A stretch of DNA of 62,457 nt from contig JAUCBJ010007965.1 in the NCBI GenBank assembly GCA_032718475.1, positions 1 through 62,457 of the forward strand, read 5' to 3'. Shown piece after piece: positions 46,137 through 60,149 of this stretch. The notes under the pieces are model-generated. The model saw only the letters and a list, made by a program, of their open reading frames with translations. It made no database searches and was not told the DNA's origin. This DNA comes from Nemertoderma westbladi (Eukaryota > Animalia > Xenacoelomorpha). The position numbers and the translations under genes are program-made. How positions within the stretch are numbered: the stretch's first letter is position 1; the number at the start of each line of letters is the position of its first letter.

Positions 46137-47839
46137 AGCTGCTATATGAGTTTATCAATATTATAATAAGTTTATAATTAGGCTAGCGGGCGTCGCTGCC
46201 TACCCCTCACGGCCCCCGGACAGTGCAAGATCCTCAGCGCTGATGTACTGTCGCCGATGTGCCTATCGCCAACATAGTAGCTGCACAACGACAACAACAA
46301 CCAGCGCGAGTCACTCCACTGTCTGTCCCAAAGGCTTAGATTTACTTCAGGTTCTTACTGCAGAGTTAGGGCTACTTTCACAATTGCGACTCGCTACTGT
46401 AAACACACTTTAGTAGTAACATTCACCTATAAACGCACAAATTCCACACAACTGTCACAAATTGTACACATTCGGGCCATTTGTCCGTTAGTCAAGTGCC
46501 TTCCAGAATGCCACGTTATTATTATGTATCCTTGGATACTAGCAGTGTGCTATTTATTCCTTATGCTATTCAATGGGGCAAGCTTTCTATTGTTCTTTTA
46601 ACTCGCTTCTAATTCTAGCGTGGTTGTTGCTATGGTGACATTATGGAAAGCTAGCGGTAGAATTAGGGTAATTCCCATGCATACAGATCTGGGATGCTAT
46701 TTAATAGTAATTCTTTAATTGTCAATATCCCCTTTATACATGATTTTATGAATTTTATCGGCTATTGACTATATATGGGAGATTCCCGCACACTAATACA
46801 CTCAATAGGGTGAATCTCCGCTCCCATGATCTATTAATTAATTGAATTTTTGGGAATGTCATAAATTGCATAAAATGACAATTTATCAAATTCATTAAAA
46901 AGATGAATTTAAATTTATTCCTGTAAATTTTTTTATTTATCCTTAAAACAGACATAATTTTATTCCAGAGCATGTCTGGGGACTAGTATCCTTAATTCTA
47001 GGAAATTTGTCCTTTTAAGAGCATCGGTAAGTGCTACGATATCTTAATAGACTAGAATTTTAAAGGATCTAAAATTTTACAGATTTTAATTTATAGATTT
47101 TCTAGAGTTAACTTGTAAGTAGTTACTCTATTGTATCTGTTTGACAGATTTTATAAATATTAATAGTTAATATTTAAGATGGGCACCGGTTTATTCCAGA
47201 ACGTGTCTGGGGACGTTAACCACTGATTCTAGAATTTTGTCTTTCAAGTATATCGGTGGGTGCCGCGATATCTTAATTGACTAGAATTACAGATGGTCAA
47301 AGGGTTTAACAGATTTATTTTGCATTTTATGCTACTGTTAAAGGGACATCACGCTACTATATGTATTATTTAATATATGGTATGAGAGCAATATCACAAG
47401 AAGCAATGTCAGTGAGAAGAGGCAAGTCGTTTCCAAGGTCTACCCAGAGCTTGGTTTAGCCGAGACACGAGGATCTGAATTTTGCATTCCTAATACTCTA
47501 CTTACCAATAATACTTGAATATAGTAAGAGCTTTATTGTACTTTAATAAGTACGGACATTTCATCTTACTGTAGTCACGTATTTATAATGTACTACGGAC
47601 AGTAAGGAAAGAGAAAAAAGAATTATTTCTCGCCGTCGCACTAAATATATAATATATAAGTAATTAAGTAATAAGACTAATATATATTGCACTAATCTAC
47701 TAAATAATCGCTAAAATAACATTCTACTAAATAAAATTAAAGAAAACGATTATAATAAAATTACATAAAAATACATACATAAATATAAAATAATAAAAAT
47801 ATATGAAATAATATAGTCACACACCCACTCCAGACGCTG

Positions 47840-50800
47840 TTACGTTGGGGAGTCCCTAGATGTTTGTTGGATTAGGGAGGTGGTCGTGGGAAGAGTATCT
47901 TGCCTTCCATAGTTTCCGGAGAGTTCTCTGTCTCTTTCCAGTAAACATAAACGACCAACTGGGCGATTGAGCTGCTGCGTCTCGAAGACAATTCCCGGTT
48001 TCTTAAAGTTACGTCGCATGACGACGAGTTCTACCGATCGCACCAAACCATCATCCGAGATATGAGTCTCGATGATACGACCTGTCTGCCACCGCTTACG
48101 TGGAAGATCTGAATCCACAATAAGGACCATGTCTCCGGCGCTGACGTTTTCTTGCTGCGCAAACCACTTAGTTCGAAGTTGTAGAGTAGGCAGATAATGT
48201 TTTTCGAAATGGTCAGCGAAACGACGGGATAACAACTGCATAAGTTGCCAAGTTTGCCGGCAGTATTCGTCTCCGTCCGTGATTTCCGATCGTGGGAGCA
48301 TGGCTACAGGTTTCTTCAGTAGGAAGTGCGCGGGTGTTAGCGCTTCCAGGGAATCGGGACTCGATGAGACTGGCATAAGCGGTCTCTCGTTGAGATAGGC
48401 GGCGATTTCCTCCATTAACGTCCGCAAAAGTTCGTCGGTGAGATACGCGCGGCACGGCACTATAAAGTGAAATGCGGTCTTCACGCTTCTGATTAATCTC
48501 TCCCAACTTCCTCCCCACCACGGGGCGTCGGCAGCGTTGAAGGTCCAACTAGACGCTGTTACCCTTAGCTGATCGTCCACCTGTCTTTGGTTCCAATCTT
48601 TGACGTAAGCCTTAATTTCATTGTTGGCACCAATGAAGTTCGTTCCCTTATCAGATCTCATCGTGTTGCTAGTTCCAAAGCGAGCGATCTGTCGGCGTAA
48701 GCTCAATATGAAGCTATTGGTAGATAAATCGTTCACCATATTGAGATGGATAGCTCTACAAGTCATACAGACAAAGATGACACACCATCTCTTGACTATA
48801 GTCCTAGCACGATATACTTCAATAGGGCCAAATAAATCCATACCGGTATTAGTAAAGGGTGGTTCATAGAAGCTTACTCGTTCCCTAGGTAATTCTGCCT
48901 CTCGCTGTGTTAAAGGCCTACTGAATGCTTTCCTACAGGGTATGCAGTTCCTAAGAACTTGGTTCAGAGCTCTACGGGGTTTATAAAAATAATAGCGAGT
49001 TCGAATTTCGCTAAGAACTCGTTCTCTACCAGCATGATAAAGCTTACTGTGAACATCTACAATCATCTTGATTTGTATTTCAAGATTTCTAATGAGTATG
49101 GGAAACTTAGTGTCAAAGGATAATGGAGCATTAGTTAGTCTTCCTCCAACGCGTATTAACCCATCTATCATTGTGCTAGAGAAACGATCCCTTAAGCGCA
49201 TCTGTGGATTTCTCAACAACAGGAAATACTTATCGGAATCCTCATAGCATTGCAGGAGTCTCAGTATCTGCTTATTGGTTTCTTCATGCTCCTGGTAACT
49301 GATCTTCTCCTTCAGAAACCTGTCGGATATCTTGTATTTGGGAAGATCTTTAACAACATGGACCTGCGCAGATGTCAGTGGAGCGGTATCACTAGTGGTC
49401 TTCGTCCTGGAGTAGTGATGATGAAAACATCGCTTTAAATATGTAACGGCCTTACAGAGCCGATTCCAGGAACTATAGTGATGTATCGCTCTCTGCAGGA
49501 GGGGTGAGAGTCCTTGCGAGACGTCTGGTATTCCAGATTTCCAATCTCTCTCTCTGATTTCCACAACAGACTTATTTGTGGCTGTGGGTTTCGGATCCAA
49601 AGCGTCGTCTCCGGAAGTGTGTAGTACAGACAGATCTATCACGGGTTTAAATAACTTCGATTTACTCGCCCGGGTTTTAGGTTTGACTTTCTCCGCTCCC
49701 TTGGCCTGTCTAATCTCCGCCGTAGTAAGATGAGGAGGCCATTCATCCTCTTCCTTGCTTAGGAAGTCGGGTCCACCTAACCAGTCTGGAGTATCTATCA
49801 GTTCTTGCGGAGTTGCTCCCCTGGAGGCGATGTCGGCTGGATTAATCGTCCCAGGGCAATGTCTCCATTGATCTATCTTCGTGCGACTAAGTATAATGGC
49901 TACTCTGTTGGTAACGAAGACGCTGAACTGACAGACTTCATTGGTTATATACTCCAACACGAGTAAAGCATCGGTCCAATAGATAGTTTTCTCCAGTGGA
50001 TAGTCGATCTGTTCTGTTACATTCCGGCCGATGGCTGTAGCGTATAGAGCCGCTTTTAACTCCGCTCGAGGAACTTTCAACTTGTTGTTTATCAATGCCT
50101 TAGAGGTAACCAAGGCGACCTTAATTCCATCCGGAGTTTCAACTCTCAGGTAGGCTACTATACCTATTCCCATATCGCTGGTGTCTCCAAACACATGGAG
50201 TTGATAGGAATACGTAGGGAGAACATGACCAAAATATGAACGGGAAATTATAAAGTTCTCGATGGATGGTAGAGAATCTTCCCATTTCATCCACTTCTTT
50301 AATAGTTCTCCCTTAAGTGGATCGTCCCATGTGTGGTTTTCAAGCCATATTTGTTGTACTATACTCCGAGCAATCAATATAACTGGGCTAATAAATCCCA
50401 ATGGATCGAAATAAGTGCTCAGGATACTTAGACAAATCCGTTTAGTCCGAACTGGATTATCTCGCTGTTTTAGCTGGAAAAACAGGATATCTCTCTCTGT
50501 GTCCCATTTCAAACCAAGCGTCTTGGTTTCTGGAAGATCGTCCTTGATTAGGTCTAGATCTTTAACTCCTCGGTCTTCTACCGGGATCGATTCCAGAAAC
50601 TCACGGGAGTTGCTGGTGAATTTAGTTAATCGAAATCCACCTCTTTTCAAGCACTCTACCGTTCCTTTGGCGACATCAATGGCTTCTTCCACCGATGGGA
50701 GGGACTTTAAATTGTCGTCCATGTATATATCCCGTTTGATGTTGTCGATAACCTCTTTAGAGAAGGCGTCCCGGTTGTCATCAGCAGTGGTGCGCACTAC

Positions 50801-51856
50801 TGAGCAGGCGTTTGAAGGGCTTGAGATGATCCCAAAAGCCTGGATGGTCATCCAGTACTCCACCGGTTTCTGGTTGAGGTCTCCTTCAGGCCACCACAGA
50901 AATCGTAGGCTGTCTCGATCTCTATCCAGCGCCTTAACTTGTAAGAACATGCCTTCTATATCGGAGGCGAAAGCGATTGAATATTGTCATAATCTTAAGA
51001 GTATTCCCAACAAGGATTGTAGTAAGTTGGGTCCTGGCAACAACTCGGAGTTAAGGGATTGGCCCATGTAGAGGGCGGAGCCGTCAAATACTACCCGGAC
51101 TTCATTGGGTTTACCAGGTTTGGGAACGTAATGATGTGTTAAATAGTACGTTCTCTCAGTTATGGGTGTTCCTTCCGGTACTCGCTCCGCATATCCCTTG
51201 TCAATGAATTTCTTCAGCTGGGTCTTGTACATCTCCTTAGCTGAAGCATTTGCCATAAGGCATCGATGTAGTTGCGCAATTCTCTTCTCCGCCAAGGGTC
51301 GGTTGTTTATAAAATTGGGTTCTCGCCGTCGGAAAGGCAGACCAATCTCATACCTACCTTGATCTTTAAGAAAACGTGTAGTTGTTTCCTGTATCTGCTT
51401 GGCTCTTTCTTCTTCTACCGATAGGGCCTTATCGTAGGAATTGGGCTCTACAGCCTCTTGAGTAAAGAATCGTTCGGCGTGTTCAGCACGAGTCTTCGCA
51501 TTGTAGCAATCTATCACTTCATTCAGTTCGTCGTTGTAGTCGACTTGTCCTGCTGGATGAATGAGGTGACATAGGTTCACTTGGTTTTGCCAAGTTTCAT
51601 TTTCCGTAAGGAGGTCAATGGTATTCTCCTCGTCGAAGAGTTGGTGGATATCGTCATTATCTGAGGAGTATGGTGTTCCCTCAGTTGGGTCGTCTCCCTC
51701 ACTGATCTCATCTTCCCATTCACTCACCTGGTAGACTCTTTCTTTGGGTAGCCTTTCCATGAGAGTTCTACGGGAAGGGCCAGTAAAGTACCAACCTACT
51801 CTAGTTCTTCCCGCATAGGTTTGTAGTGGTTGCGGTTGAGCAGGCCGTTTCTCCAA
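47840..51856 (-). pseudogene. pol of copy B: RT, Pao-type RNase H, integrase; one in-frame stop at 50987-50989
   Basis: YYLTHH..VRVVFDGS and IYMDD RT; HVFGDTS, RAEL, WTD, NPADIASRG RNase H; HSKLYH..CIPC zinc finger with GMDLFGP, RSDKGTNF, SWERL integrase triad. Confidence 0.95.
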
Positions 51857-54800
51857 TGTCTCAAGCGCCTCATGCGCATTTTGGCCGATAAGTATTTGTA
51901 CTCCAGGTTAGTCTGTGTTGAATCTAGGTATCTTATGCTGCTGGGTGAAATCGTCCTCATCCCAGTTATAAGGTTCCACTTGGCTGGTAGCGAAGTTCTT
52001 TATCGCCACCATTTTTACTGACCTTATGCTGTGTTCTCCTAGTTCATCCTGGGGGGTGGACAACGCGCCTATATAGTAATCTGTAGTTACTGTAGATTTC
52101 CAAACCTGCATAATTCCTGACATGTTCAACTTAGTTCGGAACTTGGTTATCCAGCAAAGATGTCTTCGGCTAGTTCTTTGTCGATGAATGTTCCTGTGCT
52201 GCCGGAGTCAAGGAGGGCGTTCACTATATAACTCTTGTCTGGCCCGTGGACTCTCAACTGCACTACGGGAAATTCTTGGATTCCTACGTTGGAAGTTGGT
52301 GCTTTCCAAGATGGTTGTCGGTCAGGAGTAGTTAGGGGGAGCTCATTGACGGTTTCCTTCTCATACGTAAGTGCTTGATACACTGCGGTATTTATTAGGT
52401 AACAGGATTCGTTTTCGTCGGAGAATTCATCCGTATAGAATCCTTCCATCTCAGAACTTTGGTCAGTGTCGTTCACATCACTGAATTGGACATGTAGTTC
52501 GGGCTCACTTACCTGACTCGGGCTGTTTCTTTCGAATTCAGTGCGCAACAAGATATGATGTTTTGCGCCGCACTTAGCACACCTTGCGTCGGAGTAACAG
52601 GTTCGCCGTTGGTGTCCTTGTCTGAGGCAATTATAACACAACCGCTTATTCCACATGACTTCACGTCTATCTATTAGGGATTTCCTCAGGAATTCATCAC
52701 ACGCACTTAAACGGTGGGGCCCGTCGCACAGCACACATTTTGGTTTGATGTTACTTACCTTACTTTGGGTAACGTTGTGCACACTCATTCTTTCCTCGGG
52801 CTTTCTTCCATGAATTCTCTTAGGAGACGTAGGAGGAGTTTTTCTTACCTGTTCTCTCCTGTCATTGGTTCGAGACTTGAATTTACTTACGTCTTTAGGC
52901 GCTTTGTTGACATAGTAAGATCTATCAATGTCTTTCCCGCTGTCCTCCTCTTGAGAGGCCTGGCTTTCACCGTCGTCTGTATAACACACTGGTGTTACCT
53001 TTCTCCTAGAAACGGGTTTCTCACTTACCTTATTTTCCGGTGTCTTCTCTCTGGACTGCTTTAGGAGCTGTAATTTTACCTCTCCATCTAAGAATGACAT
53101 GAGATCAGCCATGGTAGGGTCTCGTCGTTGTTGTTCCATCCTATATAAGACTTTCTTGTCCCAGCGTGTACCTACTCCACCCTTTGGTAAAGTAGAGGCC
53201 ACGGCTCCAATAACCATAGAACTCTGATATTCATGAGACTTACCTAGCCAATCTAATTGTCTACAGATTTCCTGAATCTCATCGGAAAACTCTATAATCC
53301 CGCTGCTAATGAACTTTCGGGGCGCTACCAATTTTGCATACAAATACCTAGCTATGTTATTTCTATTACCATACCTGATGTTTAGTGTATCCCAAACTTG
53401 TCTTAATTCATCTGGATGTCCAAACAAACTTTAACGCCATTAACTTGGGAGATCCTTCCAAGCACTCGATGAGGAATCTAAGTTTCTCTCCGTTAGATAA
53501 CACAGAGTTCTGTATGTTATCTTTGTAATATTCATTAAAAGGTAACCATTTCATCTCAACTCCATTGAACTTGACGATCTCTCCCACCTTTACCGCTTGA
53601 CAGACTTCGGTTCTAGCCATTTGACGCGTAAAACTTTCTTGGGCCATCGTATTATTTAATATCGAGTTATCGGTATATAAATTTCTCGGATTATTATCAG
53701 GTCTATATGGAATATCATTGTCAACAGGTTTATAATTACCCTTAATAGGGTTTACTATAGGAGTTTCTACTTCACTAGCAGTATAGATGCGTGTAGGCTC
53801 CACACCTTGCGCATGAAATACTTCAGACCTAACAGGTTGACACATTGTTACAGGGGGTGGTGGTATACCCTTTTGTGTATTTACTAATTTATCGCGTTCT
53901 AACGTGATATTCTGCTGCACTTCTTGCAACTCTAACCTACTTTCCCTTACTGTTCCCTTGAACTGTTGAACAGTCTCCTGCATCTGCCCGAGCAGGAGAT
54001 CCATCCCCCGCCGTCCCTCATCCACCCACTCGACCGCCGAAGCGGGAGCCACCAACATAGTAGCGGGTAGATGAGGGACAACAGGCGACAAATCATTGAT
54101 ATTTCGCTCGGAGTCCAGGACAGGAACTGTCTCAGGGGCTGTTCTGCTGGGCACAGGTAGTTTAGTGCTGTGCAAAGGGGATTTAGAGTTGGGTTCTGGA
54201 AGTACAGGGGTCTCTATCACAGAGGGGGTAGCTTCGAGAACAGGCCCAATCATTTCAGGCTCATCTACTATAGTAGGGAGTCTTTTTACTCTAATAATTT
54301 GGTCTGTGGGTTCTGTACTACCTAAGTCCGTGCTAGCTAGTTGCCTTCTCACAGCTGGGGGCAAATCAGGCAATTTCTGACGGTGGGGCATTCTTCTACG
54401 CCTGCTGAGACGAGATCTATTTCCTCCGCCTTCAGGATCTGTTGTATCGCCTTCATCCAATGATGTAAAGCCCTGTCGCTTGGGGGTGGATCGACTTATC
54501 TGCTGCATCTGGCTAGCTGTTATCTGTTTATTGAAGTTGTCTTGTTTCTCTTGAAGATCTTCCAACTCTAGTTGGGTTGTCTCTTCAGATGCCCTCCGTT
54601 CTGCTTCTGCCACTGCCACTGCCGCTTTTCTTTCCACTTCTACTGCTGCAGCTGCCGCTTTTGCCTCTGCCGCTGCCGCTTTTCTTTCCGCTTCTGCTTC
54701 TACCGCTGCTGCTTTTGCCTCTGCCACTGCCGCTGCCGATGCCACCTTTCTTTCAACTTCTGCAGCTGCCGCTGCTGCTGCCTTTCTGTCTTCTATTCGT

Positions 54801-57123
54801 TTTTTCTTTAATTGTTCTTCCTGTTCCCTAACGATGCGGATTCTTTCATCAAATTTAGCTCGATCCGCTTCTAACCTTTCCGCATCTATTGCGTCCAACA
54901 CAAACTTGGCTCCTTCACTATTAGGACGAAGTCCAGCCAGCCATCTCCTCAACTCTTTGTCTCCTACAAATCGTTGATAGTCCGACAGGTAGATGTCAAT
55001 AGCGTCCTTCTTCTGAGGTTTCTCTAATGTAACCTCGCTTTCCACCTGAGAAAAGGCAGCGTCTGTTGATTCTCCATGGGTGGAGCGCTCAGCCAGCTGA
55101 AATTTCCACTGGGCCGTTCCTTGAACCTTGAGACTCACCCGCTGGAAACAAGTCTTTACGGCAACTTGCAACGACGTGTCTTGTCTTCTTTTCGAAGCTT
55201 CCTCAAAGGCCGATAGGATTAGTCTGATTCTTAGAATTCTTTCTCGAACTTGATAAAGCAGCTCTCCCTGCTCTTGAGGTCCTTGGGGTTGTTGAAACAG
55301 TTGTTCCTCTAATCGCTCCAAAGAGCTGAAGAATCCCTGTACGTATCCTGCTGCTGACCTCTTCCACACAGCTGGATCACTAGTGTCTTTTGTCACTCCC
55401 ATCCTGTGTATGTCTTCCCAGGCAGCTTCCGATAAGTCAAACGGGAGTCCGGGTCCGGGGAAGTTCCATTGCGACTCGACAATAGACTTCAGTTCCTCCC
55501 TTGTGTATCCCGCATAACTGTCATTGGTTGATCGCTTACTTCTCGCCCAATCAATTTGGTGTTCCTCCACCGCAATCAATACCTTAGTGAGTACGGCTGC
55601 AGGAAGAATGAGAAGGGGATCCGAATAAACCGCTTCGGAAGCAGGACAATTCGGTCCCGGACAATTCGGTCCGGACAATTCGGTCCCGGACAATTCGGTC
55701 CCGGACAATTCGGTCCCATTAATTTTGTGTTTTGGGACCGAATTGTCCGGGACCGAATTGTCCAGGACCGAATTGTCCGGATACTGACTAGGACAATTCG
55801 GTCCCAAAACATGCAAATTAATGGGACCGAATTGTCCGGGACCGAATTGTCCGGGACCGAATTGTCCGGGACCGAATTGTCCAGGACCGAATTGTCCGGG
55901 ACCAAATTTAATTGGTACTATATAATGGTGAATTTTCTAGAACCTTAATATATATTATTATATGGTAGCTAGTGTTTTTTTTTACTAACTAGTATTTTTT
56001 TATAAATAAAAAAAATTTACTTTTTTTTGTTAACATTATTATTTATGGTAGCTATTGTGTTTTTATGGAGCTTGTGAATTATTTACTAGCTAGTAATAGT
56101 ATGTATTTAAAATGTTTAAAACTGATTTTTTTAAATACTGCGTAAGTATAATGTACAGTATGTGTTGTTGGTTGGTAACAAGCCTAAATTATTATCCTAG
56201 ATAATAGCTGGATCTCATTCAGGGACTGTTATAATATCATCAATATTGTTGGTAATTAATATAATCAGCAACAGTTTAGGCCTAATTCTGAAATATCAAT
56301 GTTTTCACAAGTGTTTTTATAATTTCAAGGAAATGCTAGCTAGTAAAAAAAAACACTAGCTACACCTTAATAAATAATATATAATAATGTTCTCGAACAC
56401 TTACAATAACAAAAATAAAAAAAAATACAGTATTTTTAAAATTTCAAAAAATTCTAGCAAGTAAATAACACTAGCTACCATAACAAATATCTCTACTAAT
56501 GTTCTAGAACATTCACCAATATCAAAAAAAGCACTAAAAAGTTGCTATCAGGAACCGGACAATTCGGTCCTGGACAATTCGGTCCCGGACAATTCGGTCC
56601 CGGACAATTCGGTCCTAGGACAATTCGGTCCTAGGACAATTCGGTCCCGGACAATTCGGTCCCGGACAATTCGGTCCCATTTATTTAGTGTTTTGGGACC
56701 GAATTGTCCGGGACCGAATTGTCCGGGACCGAATTGTCCGGACCGAATTGTCCGGGACCGAATTGTCCGGGACCGAATTGTCCTACATCCAACCGCTTCT
56801 GCCATCCTTTCTCCGCGCTCGGGTGTCAGCTCTACAGTATCCGAACTACTGGAGCTATCGGGCCGCTGAGAAATAAGTTCTCGGCTAGGGTGTTGCTGCT
56901 GTTTGACAGCTGCTTCTTGATCCCACTTGACTTGAGCCCGAGTGCCTATGATAGACCTACGGTGTTGGACTAGCCTAGGGTCTGATACTACTACTTGAGG
57001 GATGATCTTTCTTACAGTAGGAGGTGAGTTGAACTTCGGTCTCAAACGTTCAGCACTCCTATCTGGGTCACAGATGGTTGTATCTAGGAGACTGTCTGAC
57101 AGGTTTTGCTTTGTGTCAGACAT
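51857..57123 (-). pseudogene. gag and protease of copy B, with frameshifts near 53420 and 52147, a stop at 51908 and a foldback insertion
   Basis: IVKFNG gag motif; three Cys/His knuckles (CVLCDGPH, CYNCLRQGHQRRTC, CAKCGAKHH); LLDSGS protease; Ala/Glu/Lys coiled coil. Confidence 0.9.
55637..56790. mobile_element. Non-autonomous foldback element, Mutator-like (9-bp TSD), inserted in gag of copy B
   Basis: TSD aaccgcttc at 55628-55636 and 56791-56799; termini ggaagcaggacaattcggtcc / ggaccgaattgtcctacatcc; 17-bp ggacaattcggtcccg-type arrays; empty site visible in copy A near 9729-9737. Confidence 0.92.
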
Positions 57124-58830
57124 GTTTGTTTGTACAGTTGAATGCCTACTGCTATATTACAGTTAAAGCAAGTCTAGTAATTCAGTATCAACTGTTAGCC
57201 TAGTAATTAATTACCGATATCGTTACTCTATGTAACGTGATATATATACAAGATATTAAAGTACCGGTATACACTTATAGTATATATATAAGTATTATTA
57301 CAGACTAGGTTTTTTCACAGAATACCGGTATATAATTTCAGCGCAAATATATATAAATATATAATAAGCCTATCGTAAATACCGGTATGTCAATTATTTT
57401 AGAATAATTGAATTTCAGAATTTTTAGTGGTTACTTGGTTACTTTACTTTACTTTATTACCGTTACTGTATTTAAGCAGTAGTCCAACTGATATTAATAC
57501 CTAATTGATGTATAACAGGCCTACTATTTTATAAATCGATTTGAGTTGATTTATAATATATATATACCCGTATAATGGGTTTTTTCAATGTTTGAAATAA
57601 ATGTTATCATTTCTGGTAAGGAGTCACTACACAGAAGCTGTACGCTCTCAGTGAAGTGCTACTTGTTGGACACTAAAACAAATAATTCTACTTGCCTAAG
57701 TTACTCATTACTACAAATTACGTACAATTCGGGTGAGATTACAATCTCTAAATAAACACAAAAATTACACGTACGAATTTTTAGGGTTAATTTTACAAGA
57801 AATCTACAAACCAGCCTAACAAGGGTTAGAATTTCTGGTTATTACAAGCGGACAGGATACTACGGTATTTGAAAATAATAAAGCAGTAGTAAATATATTG
57901 TGTTGTCCAGATAGGAAAATACCACCATCTGACGACTTATAGCCGTAGCGCTATAAGTACTACGTTATGTACCCGGAGTGTTCCTACCTAGAAGTTAATT
58001 ACCGCAGCCTACTATAGCTAACGTGCCTATTAACCACTTTACAACACAAATATACTGTCTACAAACTAATTACCTTCGGAAAGCACTATACACTAAATTA
58101 GGTACAAGTACTTATACAACAAATAACCAGCAGTTAAAAATACTTGTACAGCTAAAAGAACCACGGTATCTGCCGGAGTGACCAGAGCATAAAATCACCA
58201 GTCTTTACCTACGCCAAACAGTCCTGATGTAGTACCGGGGTTAATTTAACTATAACGGTATGTATAACAAGCACAATTACTGTTGGAATAAACTTGGGGT
58301 TATGAATGTTGCGAGTAATCGCATATACTCTGAATAATAAATATTACGCTACCCGTACAGACTACACAAACAAAATACAAACCAAATGCTGGCAGACTAC
58401 TATCAAGCCTAAATAAACTACAGTATATGCAGACTCCGAAATGGTTAGTTAGTATGCGTTCTAACCGAGTAGTACGACTTATTCTTTCGGGGGGGGATTT
58501 ACCTTACAGCACTGGATGCCCACACGTTCCTAACTAGTACTTTATCGGACATACACTTTACACACACTGCAATCTCTTCAGACCTAACAATAGCCAGACA
58601 ACAATCCAGCCTACAAATTATTTATACAATCTGAGCAGGCTTACACGCCTTCTGCTCAATATTAACTTACAAATAAATAAAACTGACAGAAATAAGTAAA
58701 ATCCCAATAAAAAACCAGGCGTCCCCGATTAAATATTAAGACCTACCGGTATATAATTATCAAAATCGAATAATACTGCTGTACCTGTACTGCTGTAAGT
58801 ACCGGTTCGGGTGGTTAGGTAGTCAGGCCT

Positions 58831-60149
58831 TGTAAAAGCTTCTGTGGGATGCAACTGGTCCTTCGCCCCGCGATCCAGTTTTTCCCCCATACGCTGAAAT
58901 ACTCTGAAACCTGCTGTAAAAGCGTTTACAGATATAATTGGATCCCCTAGCCCTCGGGGTGCTGTATAAGTGTTTTTAACGGACATAAAATAGATTCTTC
59001 TGAATGTGTGCTTTATGCGGACGTAGCAGGGTACATAACCCGCAATGCGGCATTTCACTGTCACTATGTCAAGGGAAGGATTCTGATTACGACATCTCCC
59101 AGCTGGATGATGACGTGGAGGGAGCTCTCATTGGACTCCTGGTTCCTTTGTTTTGGTCTAACAACCAATCAGGGTGATTTGCGTTTTCCTTGAAGAGATA
59201 CCTACAGCAGCTCCCAAACTCAGTTTTTATGTCGTTCTATACTGCCTGAAGATCGGCTGGAATGACGCAATGTTTCTGCCTTTTTATAAGAACATTAGTA
59301 GGCTAAATTATAGAAAGCATAGCTATTATCCATTTGATCCGATTTGATCCGATTTGATCCGATTTGATCCGATTCGATCCGATTCGATTCGACACGATTC
59401 CAATTTATAACTTAACGATTCAATGCAATCTAATTATATCTTAACCTACCGTCATACTGCTTTTACTGTTTGTAATTTTGTATCAGTATAATTGGATGTT
59501 ATTAGTTGAAGAATATCAATAATCAACCCACATTTTCCCAATATCCTTGAAACACTACAGGTTAGAGAGAAGGGTTATGTACAACAATTGCGACTTTATT
59601 ATTGTGTTTGTAGTGAATCTAATGTTGTTTGACAGACACTACCTGAGTCCAGTGCATATCTCTTTATACCTGATCAAAGTCAGTAACTGTCGGCATATCA
59701 GTGAGCAGTGTTGTGCGTTACCGGTAGCGTGCGTGATTGTAAAGTGATTGGATCTGATAATAAAGCATTCCTAAAGAATGCGCCCTATGCTTGAAATTTA
59801 AGCCATATTGTTGTGTGTAGTATCAGTCATAACTCTGTTTACATAGGTAGAGCGCCACGTCCTAAAAGGAACTGCTAATATTTCCCGAAAGTGAATAATA
59901 TTTGTCAGAGATTATATATTAGTAATCAATCGAATAATACAGTAGGCTTGACCGCAAATAAATTTAAGCCCACGAATCCAGTCTCCCGGTGTTATAAACG
60001 GGTCATTTGGACGCGCATGGACTGGCTTCGGCTAATGTTTTTGGTTTGTTTTTGTATTAAATCTTGTCATCTTATAAAAGGCAGTTTATCAATAAAGACA
60101 TATAAATTTCGGCAGGTTAAACTGCTGAAGGTCTATAAAAGCGCGTACA
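58831..60149 (+). repeat. 5' LTR of copy C (1319 bp, TGT...ACA)
   Basis: Starts TGTAAAAGCTT, ends AAAAGCGCGTACA; contains (atttgatccg)n at 59332-59400. Confidence 0.88.

Larger units (their letters stand above)
43144..58830 (-). mobile_element. BEL/Pao family 2 copy B: leader, gag-pol, extra ORF, PPT, 3' LTR (5' LTR displaced out of the window by copy C)
   Basis: Complete domain set gag-PR-RT-RH-IN; 3' LTR homologous to the 5' LTRs of A and C. Confidence 0.95.

Noticed and set aside
58856-58876. TGGTCCTTCG as a tRNA-Tyr-type PBS
   Set aside because: It lies 25 nt inside the LTR start, and the homologous positions in A (ccggttattat) and B (ctagtcatttt) do not keep it.
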